The notes beneath the pieces are model-generated. The model saw nothing but the letters and a program-made list of their open reading frames with translations, was not told the DNA's origin and did no database searches. Below are positions 9,185-16,459 of a stretch of 20,000 nt of DNA, in pieces. Position numbers and translations under genes: made by a program. The number at the start of each line of letters is the position of its first letter. Position 1 is the stretch's first letter. The stretch lies in IMG/VR virus record IMGVR_UViG_3300014205_009008; one strand, 5' to 3'. Source of the DNA: an uncultured virus (IMG/VR IMGVR_UViG_3300014205_009008). Its lineage: Duplodnaviria > Heunggongvirae > Uroviricota > Caudoviricetes.

Positions 9185-9874
9185 ATGCCAGCTACCGAAA
9201 GTTTCCTATACAAAGCGGCAAGATTAGGGGAGCTAAACAAACTCCCCACTGAGGCACTGCTAGCCAGTGATTTTCTGGCTACGGATAAAGAAGGATTCTC
9301 CACCATCCACATAGCTGCGATATATGGACACTTGGACCAAGTTCCGCCCAGGTTCGTTACAGCAGAAAGCCTAGACCAGCAAGCAAACAACGGAAACACT
9401 GTTTTGCACTATGCTGCTAATTATGGCCAGCTTTACCTGATCCCAAAAGAACTACTAACTGTCGAACGGCTATCCGTCATAGGTCAGATCAAAAGAACAG
9501 TATTCCATTGGGCTGCCCGCAATGGGTTTCTTGACCAGATACCACCAGAATTACTTACCGCTGATAACCTCCTAGTCAAAGATCGTGGCGGCAAAACACC
9601 TGTATATCTTTCAGCTCGAAGCGGATATCTAGAACAAATACCAAGAGATATACTCACCACCGAAAATCTGCTAATTAAAGCTCACCACGGAATGAACGCA
9701 CTGGACGAAGCAGCACATGGGCGCAATGCCAGCCTGTCACCACTCGTGGGCATAAATTTGGAAGTTAACGATAAAGTACGAAGAATCCTGGGTGACGAAT
9801 GGCTTGAAAAGAATAACAGGGTGTGTCATACATTGAAGCCACAATCAGAAGACAGTCACATGGATATATTCTAA
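9185..9874 (+). CDS. ankyrin-like repeat protein (ends SHMDIF)
   Basis: 33-aa repeats such as TVLHYAANYGQLYLIPKELLT. Confidence 0.88.
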   Translation: MPATESFLYKAARLGELNKLPTEALLASDFLATDKEGFSTIHIAAIYGHLDQVPPRFVTAESLDQQANNGNTVLHYAANYGQLYLIPKELLTVERLSVIGQIKRTVFHWAARNGFLDQIPPELLTADNLLVKDRGGKTPVYLSARSGYLEQIPRDILTTENLLIKAHHGMNALDEAAHGRNASLSPLVGINLEVNDKVRRILGDEWLEKNNRVCHTLKPQSEDSHMDIF

Positions 9875-9877
9875 GCC

Positions 9878-9907
9878 TTGACCAATCCAGCTCAAATAGG
9901 CTAGTAT
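9878..9907 (+). promoter_or_regulatory. sigma70-like promoter, predicted leaderless
   Basis: TTGACC-18-TAGTAT, 5 nt before the ATG at 9913. Confidence 0.7.
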
Positions 9908-9912
9908 TACGA

Positions 9913-10623
9913 ATGGTAAAGGAATCGCCGGTATACGATAAGACATATATCCTTGAGGCAGCAAGGCTGGGAGAAATCGACCAAATCCCCAAACATATTC
10001 TAACCCAAGAATATCTCACAGTCAAAGGATTAAGCGATGTCACACCACTACATTGGGCTGCTGAAAGTGGATGTCTGGATCAAGTACCAAGCCAGTTTTT
10101 GACTGCACAAAATCTGTTAACTAAAGATTCCAGCGGTCGATCACCGCTACACTGGGCTGCAGAGTGCGGGCAACTCAATCAAATTCCTACCTCACTCCTA
10201 ACAGCAGAAAATTTACAAATCAAAGACAAAGATGGCAATTGCTCATTACACCAAGCAGCAGCAAATGGGTACTTGGGGCAATTACCAATAGAAATACTAA
10301 CTGACAGCAATTTGTTATTACATAATAGGGATGGTATTACTCCTTTGGACTGGGCTGCGTATTATGGGCATATACACCAAATTCCGCGTTCTGTCCTCAC
10401 ACCAAAGAACCTCCTTCATAAAGATAATTTTGGACTCTCGCCACTACAGAGGGCCGAACAAAAAGGTCACCTTGATGCCCTGTTAGGAATTAAATTTGAG
10501 GATACCAAAGAAATACGGGACATAGTTGGGGACTGGTATGATAAAAATATACAATTTATAAAAGACCAGAATCTAACCGCGTATGTGAAAGAGGATGAGG
10601 CTCAAGAAATAGACATATTCTAA
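9913..10623 (+). CDS. ankyrin-like repeat protein (ends QEIDIF)
   Basis: TPLHWAAESGCLDQVP-type repeats. Start moved from 9823 to ATG 9913, which removes the overlap and fits the promoter. Confidence 0.88.
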   Translation: MVKESPVYDKTYILEAARLGEIDQIPKHILTQEYLTVKGLSDVTPLHWAAESGCLDQVPSQFLTAQNLLTKDSSGRSPLHWAAECGQLNQIPTSLLTAENLQIKDKDGNCSLHQAAANGYLGQLPIEILTDSNLLLHNRDGITPLDWAAYYGHIHQIPRSVLTPKNLLHKDNFGLSPLQRAEQKGHLDALLGIKFEDTKEIRDIVGDWYDKNIQFIKDQNLTAYVKEDEAQEIDIF

Positions 10624-11384
10624 TGATACCCAACCGTCAAAATTCGTTACGCAGGATTCGCCTATCTTCCCACATATTTTCAACAGCGTCTATCCAAGAA
10701 AGCGAAGCAAGTATCGCCTTACATGCCGCCGCCTCCTCAGGCACCTTAGACAAAATTCCAAAAGTCTGGCTGACAGCATCAAAACTCCGAATTCAAAATA
10801 AAACCGGTGAAACCGTCCTTGCAGTTGCCGCAAAGCACGGACACCTGGATCAAATACCAGCAAAGTTCCTAACCTCCTCAAATCTTCTCGTACCAAACCA
10901 ACACGGCCACACCGCATTTCATCAGGCCGCAGATAGTGGGCACTTAAATCAGTTCCCCATCAAATTACTGACTTCGGCCAATCTCCTAAAACGTAACTAT
11001 TGGGGAGGAACAACACTTCATATGGCAGTAGCCAAAGGGCACTTAGATCAAATACCAAAGAAGTTACTCACAATTGTAAACCTACTTAAGCGCACTAGAA
11101 CCGGAGATACCATTATTCACAGGGCAGCCTCAACCAACCACCTACATCATACCCCCAAGCAATATATAACCGAAGCAAATCTCCTCATGGAAAACAGCGA
11201 ACGGCAAACTCCCCTGCACCTACTTATGCGATTCGGAGCACCAGATCAGTTACATGACGTAGAACTATCGCCAGCCGTCGTTCCAATAGTTGGAGATGAG
11301 TGGTACTCAAGGTACCTGGAACGAAAGAAGAGCTTGGACACACTAGAGCCAGCAGTGAATACAAATGAACTAGATATGTTCTAG
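10623..11384 (+). CDS. ankyrin-like repeat protein (ends NELDMF)
   Basis: TVLAVAAKHGHLDQIP-type repeats; coupled to the upstream paralog by TAATG. Confidence 0.85.
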   Translation: MIPNRQNSLRRIRLSSHIFSTASIQESEASIALHAAASSGTLDKIPKVWLTASKLRIQNKTGETVLAVAAKHGHLDQIPAKFLTSSNLLVPNQHGHTAFHQAADSGHLNQFPIKLLTSANLLKRNYWGGTTLHMAVAKGHLDQIPKKLLTIVNLLKRTRTGDTIIHRAASTNHLHHTPKQYITEANLLMENSERQTPLHLLMRFGAPDQLHDVELSPAVVPIVGDEWYSRYLERKKSLDTLEPAVNTNELDMF

Positions 11385-11400
11385 AAAACGAGATAGTCAA

Positions 11401-11419
11401 CTAAGCTACGCTTAGCCCA
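11401..11419 (+). promoter_or_regulatory. hairpin motif copy 3 (CTAAGC-TAC-GCTTAG), putative phage promoter; predicted +1 at A11419
   Basis: 6-bp stem, intergenic, before the ATG at 11437. Confidence 0.72.
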
Positions 11420-11436
11420 CACAAAACATCAATCGT

Positions 11437-11727
11437 ATGAAACTTTCTGAGGTCTCCAACCGTTCCATCGCACTTTTACTCGCAGCCTTCGACCAAGATG
11501 CCGAAAACGGCGGATTTACTAGCTTCCCACAAGCACCAGAACAGGTGAGTGAGGACTTTGTTGCCGCATATGAGCATGCCTCCCGAGAAGCCCTTATCCA
11601 AGATCTTTCAGTACACCTCGATCAAGAGATCAACGAGGACAGCGAAGTCGAAAGCTTCATTCCCGAAATTGGGGAAGATCCTGTAAATTTCCTCATTCTG
11701 GCGAACGGGCCGGAAGTAGAGATCTAA
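11437..11727 (+). CDS. small acidic hypothetical protein
   Basis: 96 aa with 21 D/E versus 3 K/R. Confidence 0.75.
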   Translation: MKLSEVSNRSIALLLAAFDQDAENGGFTSFPQAPEQVSEDFVAAYEHASREALIQDLSVHLDQEINEDSEVESFIPEIGEDPVNFLILANGPEVEI

Positions 11728-11736
11728 AGAAATCAA

Positions 11737-12012
11737 ATGAAAACCCTGTATAAGGTTACAGCTCCAGCTCACATATACGAACCTCAGTACGTTCGTGGAC
11801 CGATCTACAAAGTCTTTGATACCCACACGGACGCGCTAAAGACAATCAAACGTATCAAAAAGGTACTCCAGTTACAAGAGAAAGACGGCACCACAGATGC
11901 CGAAGATAAATTTCGCGAAATGGTTTATGACCTGATGAACTGTAACGGAGACTGCGTCTTTACAGGCTCACCCAAGCTAACAGTTATCACCGAAGAAACA
12001 ATCAACGTATGA
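11737..12012 (+). CDS. hypothetical protein
   Basis: 91-aa ORF with an ATGA overlap to the next gene. Confidence 0.7.
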   Translation: MKTLYKVTAPAHIYEPQYVRGPIYKVFDTHTDALKTIKRIKKVLQLQEKDGTTDAEDKFREMVYDLMNCNGDCVFTGSPKLTVITEETINV

Positions 12013-12296
12013 AAGTGCACAACGAGCCTATTCCCGACGGCAAGCTAGGCCAATTTGACGAGATCCTCAAACTATGCGGAGGTAGATACCTGCAAAATCC
12101 AATCGAAGCACCTGACCAGTACGGAAGGTATCGCGTCTCGTACCAATATGACAACATGGCAGGCGCAACGCAGCATGAGGAGAAATGGAAACGCATAACA
12201 TCGGACATTAGAGAGACTACCAAACCAAGAGGGTTATCGGCTATCCTTTTAAAGACCAAACATTGGCTTTTGTACTTATTTGGGCCAATAGATTAA
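12009..12296 (+). CDS. hypothetical protein
   Basis: 95-aa coupled ORF; its stop overlaps the stop of the convergent gene. Confidence 0.7.
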   Translation: MKVHNEPIPDGKLGQFDEILKLCGGRYLQNPIEAPDQYGRYRVSYQYDNMAGATQHEEKWKRITSDIRETTKPRGLSAILLKTKHWLLYLFGPID

Positions 12297-13201
12297 CGAG
12301 CAAACTTGCGCCGACACGCGTAAAGAACTGGACAGCCAAAGAGTAGAAGACACCAAACGCTTGGTTCAGGAACTGCAGCTATATCCTGTATCCAACCCAT
12401 TGAACTAGACACTCTTGCTGTGTAAAACATTCCAGATCCAGACATAGGTACTATACCTGTAAAGTAATCACCGTAGTATCCATCTTCATTATATAAGGCA
12501 GCATTAAATGCATTGCTAAAATTAGCTTGAAGACTGTATGGGCCATCTACACAAGAATTCACTCCTGCAAGCTTCCAAACCCCAGCATCCAGGATAAATA
12601 GCCCAAATCCAGAATCACCACCAGATAGCATGCCCTCATTTACTCCAGCGTTGTGATTGAACTCAGCACCAAGTAAATGCCCCCACGTTGAGCCGCCACT
12701 ATCCACTATACTGGTAATCTCATTCGTCCCCCACCTCAAGGTATTCCACGACCCACTACCCCATTCCCATCCACGGGTAGACCCGTTTACAACCTCATTG
12801 CCTCTAGGAGCACCTTTGCCAAAAATCATGGCTAGCTTACCAACCTCATCAGACCCAGTATACAATGGGGCGTAAGACGAAAAAGTCCCATCTACCTTGC
12901 ATATGGTCAGATCTTCATTTGGATTATTATAAACTTCCGTTATTGTATACCTCACATTCTGCGCATCCCAAAAGGACCCGCCAGCAGACCACCCAAGATG
13001 TTTGGCACTAAGAAAGTATTGCGAGGCTATAGGTGTTCCCGAACTTGAACCCATATACTGCCAACCACTATCAGCATAGATGCCGGTGGGAGCCGTAGTA
13101 TTAAACGAAGACTCGCCAGTTGAATCAAACAGGATACCATATGAAGTCGAACAAAGAAACAACAGGAAAGTAAAGGGTAGTTTACGCATAATATTAGCCA
13201 T
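12293..13201 (-). CDS. secreted trypsin-like serine protease with PEP-CTERM sorting signal
   Basis: Signal peptide (MRKLPFTFLLFLC...). Catalytic triad candidates are LSAKH, EDLTI and GGDSGFG. C-terminus is VPEPS + hydrophobic helix + RRK. The start may be 13189. Confidence 0.85.
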   Translation of the reverse strand: MANIMRKLPFTFLLFLCSTSYGILFDSTGESSFNTTAPTGIYADSGWQYMGSSSGTPIASQYFLSAKHLGWSAGGSFWDAQNVRYTITEVYNNPNEDLTICKVDGTFSSYAPLYTGSDEVGKLAMIFGKGAPRGNEVVNGSTRGWEWGSGSWNTLRWGTNEITSIVDSGGSTWGHLLGAEFNHNAGVNEGMLSGGDSGFGLFILDAGVWKLAGVNSCVDGPYSLQANFSNAFNAALYNEDGYYGDYFTGIVPMSGSGMFYTARVSSSMGWIQDIAAVPEPSVWCLLLFGCPVLYACRRKFAR

Positions 13202-13359
13202 TCAAATTTTATTGGTATACAGTCATCAACAGTCCACAATATTTTGCCAGTGTAAACCCACTAGAACTTATGCTGTCATCGAACCATCTTAAAAATCTAA
13301 CCCATCAAACCTTAAAAGTCAAGGGGTGTTTTAAAACTTTTCTACACACCTCAAATAGA

Positions 13360-13377
13360 CAAGCTACGCTTGAATTA
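13360..13377 (+). promoter_or_regulatory. hairpin motif copy 4 (CAAGC-TAC-GCTTG), putative phage promoter; predicted +1 at A13377
   Basis: 5-bp stem, intergenic, before the GTG at 13399. Confidence 0.7.
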
Positions 13378-13398
13378 TCAAACTCATAAACACAACCT

Positions 13399-13542
13399 GT
13401 GAACAAGATTTCCATCAAGCGACTGACCAGAACCACCGATAGCAAGCGCGGAGCTTTCACTTTCCACTCAAAAATCAAGGGTCGCAACAAAGTTCTCGCT
13501 CGGCGTCGCAGCAGAAGGGTCATCAACAACCTCGAAGATTAA
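13399..13542 (+). CDS. small basic protein (47 aa, not in ORF track), weakly bL34-like
   Basis: MNKISIKRLTRTTDSKRGAFTFHSKIKGRNKVLARRRSRRVINNLED; lies between hairpin copy 4 and the next ATG, which is 3 nt after its stop. Confidence 0.6.
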   Translation: MNKISIKRLTRTTDSKRGAFTFHSKIKGRNKVLARRRSRRVINNLED

Positions 13543-13545
13543 GGG

Positions 13546-13845
13546 ATGAAAACACTTACACGCATTGAGGTTAATCCAAGCGGGGACGGATACCTTTCAA
13601 TCTTCCTCAACGGCAATCTGTTAATCCATGGCGACGACTACCATGACAAGATACGCGATCAGTACAATGGCATCAAGGCATACCTGGAACACGTGGGGGA
13701 AAAGTTCAAAGAAGAGAAAATCGCCTTGGACGTAAAGACTGGAGACCAAGAATGGTCGGATTACGATTACATGCCAGATACCGAGGAAACCCTCGACGAA
13801 TACCTCACCAAGATGAAGGAAAACTTTAAACCAACAAAACCATGA
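13546..13845 (+). CDS. hypothetical protein
   Basis: 99-aa ORF with an ATGA overlap to the next gene. Confidence 0.75.
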   Translation: MKTLTRIEVNPSGDGYLSIFLNGNLLIHGDDYHDKIRDQYNGIKAYLEHVGEKFKEEKIALDVKTGDQEWSDYDYMPDTEETLDEYLTKMKENFKPTKP

Positions 13846-14102
13846 CCGAATTCCAAAAAATCCGCAGGTTCACAGGCACAAAAAAGCACGCCGAAACACA
13901 CGTATTTCTCCAGTGCAGAGATAACCAAGGAACAGTAGAAGTTGGTGAATTGGCTACCTACACCAGCCCATCTAGTTGGGTCGACGTTCTGGATATCACA
14001 AAACTCGGCCCCTTTATCGAGGAAATCCCTTGGGAATCCGAGCAGGACGAAACCAGCTTCAAACAAGCACAGGAAGCTGAATACCGAAAAGCCCTAAGGT
14101 AA
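13842..14102 (+). CDS. hypothetical protein
   Basis: 86-aa coupled ORF. Confidence 0.7.
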   Translation: MTEFQKIRRFTGTKKHAETHVFLQCRDNQGTVEVGELATYTSPSSWVDVLDITKLGPFIEEIPWESEQDETSFKQAQEAEYRKALR

Positions 14103-14193
14103 TGGATTCGAAACGCCCAGAAATCGGAAAAATCCTGTAACATTCCATTGGTTGTAGATGCGATATCTCTTACTGCAGGGCATTCACATTACT

Positions 14194-14210
14194 AGGCTAC
14201 GCCCCAAACA
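14194..14210 (+). promoter_or_regulatory. hairpin motif copy 5 (AGGC-TAC-GCC); predicted +1 at A14210
   Basis: 3-bp stem, intergenic. Confidence 0.55.
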
Positions 14211-14234
14211 TAAAAAGGTATAGCAAGTAATAGT

Positions 14235-14264
14235 TTGCAAAAAGTACACAAGATCTGTTAATAT
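14235..14264 (+). promoter_or_regulatory. sigma70-like promoter, predicted leaderless
   Basis: TTGCAA-18-TAATAT (extended TGt), 5 nt before the ATG at 14270. Confidence 0.65.
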
Positions 14265-14269
14265 ATTGT

Positions 14270-14461
14270 ATGCATAAAGTAAAATACATCGATTTTGCTG
14301 AAATTCAGAGAAAAAAGGAAGTGTCGCGGGCACTCGATAATATGCTTGTTGCACAAGGCCAGCTTAAGGAAGTAGAAATAAAAAACAACCTGCTAGGACG
14401 ATTGCAGATAGATACTGGTCGCCTCAAAATGCCATTTAAACGCGCCCGGACATTATGGTAA
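14270..14461 (+). CDS. small basic hypothetical protein, possible partner of the downstream NTase
   Basis: 63 aa with its own promoter; overlaps the next gene by 7 nt. Confidence 0.55.
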   Translation: MHKVKYIDFAEIQRKKEVSRALDNMLVAQGQLKEVEIKNNLLGRLQIDTGRLKMPFKRARTLW

Positions 14462-15321
14462 CGCATACGCCGGATACCATCAAAAAAATAGCTGCACTGG
14501 CAGCGAAAGCAGGATTGGTTATCGTAGGTGGACAAGCTGTCAACACATGGAGCCTGAAGTACTATACGGAGAATACGGATCCTTGGGACAGTCTTAAACC
14601 TTTTACCAGCGACGATTTAGATTGTGTAGGAGACGCCAGTAAACTACACGCATTTGTGGAGCTCTTAAACAAGGAGTATGATGTAACAGTCACGCTACCA
14701 GCAAATGCCGAAGAGGAAAAAATAAACACAGCAGTTATAGAAATTTCAAAGGGAGATTTCTATTTAGGCGTGAATTGTCTTAAAAGTATACTTGGTGTAG
14801 AAACCGAAGATATTACCAGAGGTGCTGTGGCCACAGACGGTAACATGGCCTTGGTGTTACACCCGCTGCTTTGCCTGCAATCAAAATCTCATAACCTCGC
14901 AACTTTAGACCAATCTAATAGGCAGGATGAAAAGCATCTTCGTTTGTCCATTGCAAATCTGCACTCTTTTCTTAAAGAGCAGGAGTTGTCTGTTGAAGAT
15001 GCCGAGCTATACGTGGAGAAAATCACTGAAAAGGCAAGTTTGAATACCTACTTGCAACGCAGCTATAATGTCAACTGTGTGGATGCTTTACCATTGGAAG
15101 AATGGAGTAATAGCAGCAACGAAAGAATGCGCGCTCTTGCAGAAATTGGCAAAGAAGCACACAAAAAGGTTCAGCTTGCGGCAGAGAAGGAAGTAGCAGC
15201 AGAAGAGTGGTTAAGGCAACTTAATCCAAATCCATTTAAGCGTAACAAAGGGATAGGGTTTTTGTCAAAATTCAAGGACCTACCATCCAAAGTCGAAGAG
15301 TCACAGCAGCCAGAAATATAA
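14455..15321 (+). CDS. DNA-pol-beta-superfamily nucleotidyltransferase-like protein
   Basis: VIVGGQAV..W followed by FTSDDLD fits the hGG...[ST]xDhD signature of AbiEii-like NTases. Confidence 0.65.
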   Translation: MVTHTPDTIKKIAALAAKAGLVIVGGQAVNTWSLKYYTENTDPWDSLKPFTSDDLDCVGDASKLHAFVELLNKEYDVTVTLPANAEEEKINTAVIEISKGDFYLGVNCLKSILGVETEDITRGAVATDGNMALVLHPLLCLQSKSHNLATLDQSNRQDEKHLRLSIANLHSFLKEQELSVEDAELYVEKITEKASLNTYLQRSYNVNCVDALPLEEWSNSSNERMRALAEIGKEAHKKVQLAAEKEVAAEEWLRQLNPNPFKRNKGIGFLSKFKDLPSKVEESQQPEI

Positions 15322-15451
15322 TTTGGGCCGATCGGGTTGAAAAAACCTGAAGGTGGGCCTTGGAATAATAAGAATAAAAACTTAAACTCCTTGCACTCTG
15401 GCAATTTAAATAACATTGTCCGATAATTTGGTACTAGGAGCAGGTAACTCT

Positions 15452-16369
15452 CTAAAATATATCCATCCCCGTATGTTCACCATCCTGCACAACAAGATGT
15501 TGCTTGGCTTTCAACACCTTTTGGTTCCTTTCCCACCAATCATTGCCAACTATGTTTTTACTAGATACGAGAAGCTCCAACCCTAACAACTGATCCAAAT
15601 GCCCCTGATGAGTCGCGCAATGTAAAGGTGTCATACCATCGTTATCCCCAACCATTAGATTAATACCCGTAAGAACCTCCATCGGAATCTGATCCAAATG
15701 ACCATATTCAGACGCATAGTGCACAGGTGTTAGACCAATACTATTTTTTGACATCAGACTTGCTTCTGTAAGCAATGCCTTGGGCACCAGATCCAACTGA
15801 CCATGCTCAGCTGCATAGTGTAAGGGGGTATAGCCAGAGGCAGAATTTGCCACCAGAGTAGCTCCAGTAAGTAGATCCCTAGGAATCTGATCCAAATGAC
15901 TGGTCGCAGCCGCATAGTGTAAGGGCGTGCTGGCATCGGAATTCTTCAACATCAAATTTGCCACTGTAAGGACCTCCCTAGGCACTTGATTCAAATGTCC
16001 ATACTCTGCAGCGAAGTGCAAAGGTGTTTGACCAAGGTCATCTTTGACTAACAGGTTAGCTTCTGTAAGAAATTCCCTAGGAACCTGATCCAAATGTCCG
16101 GTCGAGGCCGCAACATGCAACGGAGTAAACTCATCACTATTCTTTACCAACAGATTAATTGCAGTAAATAATTTGTTAGGAATATAATCTAATTGGCCCT
16201 TTTCTGCTGCCCAGTGGAGTAGGATGCTACCAGAAGCATCCCTTACCAATAGAGTTGCTGGAGTCAGCAACTCTATTGGCACAAGCTCCAATTGACCCCT
16301 AGCCGCATAGTGCAACATATACTGGACCGACATTTGCCGCCCTTTCTTACTAAATTTGGCCTTTACCAT
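15452..16369 (-). CDS. ankyrin-like repeat protein (ends TGMDIF)
   Basis: About 8 regular 33-aa repeats, TPLHxAAxxGHLDQhPxxhLTxANLhxKxxxG. Confidence 0.92.
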   Translation of the reverse strand: MVKAKFSKKGRQMSVQYMLHYAARGQLELVPIELLTPATLLVRDASGSILLHWAAEKGQLDYIPNKLFTAINLLVKNSDEFTPLHVAASTGHLDQVPREFLTEANLLVKDDLGQTPLHFAAEYGHLNQVPREVLTVANLMLKNSDASTPLHYAAATSHLDQIPRDLLTGATLVANSASGYTPLHYAAEHGQLDLVPKALLTEASLMSKNSIGLTPVHYASEYGHLDQIPMEVLTGINLMVGDNDGMTPLHCATHQGHLDQLLGLELLVSSKNIVGNDWWERNQKVLKAKQHLVVQDGEHTGMDIF

Positions 16370-16374
16370 AACAA

Positions 16375-16403
16375 ACTATAGCATAGGACTCCTCGAAAAC
16401 CAA
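16375..16403 (-). promoter_or_regulatory. sigma70-like promoter, predicted leaderless
   Basis: TTGGTT-17-TATAGT (extended TGc), 5 nt before the ATG at 16369. Confidence 0.65.
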
Positions 16404-16459
16404 ACTCGAATCAGAAAAAACCCTCGATGATGCCACAATGGAGCAAGCAACTATAACGC

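Noticed and set aside
9823..9912. Upstream start for the second tandem ankyrin gene
   Set aside because: It overlaps the previous gene and contains the promoter that fits ATG 9913.
13206..13240. sigma70-like promoter for the PEP-CTERM gene
   Set aside because: TAAAAT is 4 nt before the ATG, but there is no properly spaced -35 or extended TG, and the start codon is ambiguous.
15325..15361. Possible stem-loop between convergent genes (GGGTT-GAAAA-AACCT core)
   Set aside because: Weak, bulged stem with no clear U-tract; not enough to call a terminator.
15600..16320. 99-bp periodic nucleotide similarity (tgatccaaatg etc.) as a CRISPR array or DGR repeat
   Set aside because: Fully explained by 33-aa coding repeats. 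There are no identical repeats with spacers, no adenine-specific TR/VR pair and no RT in the window.
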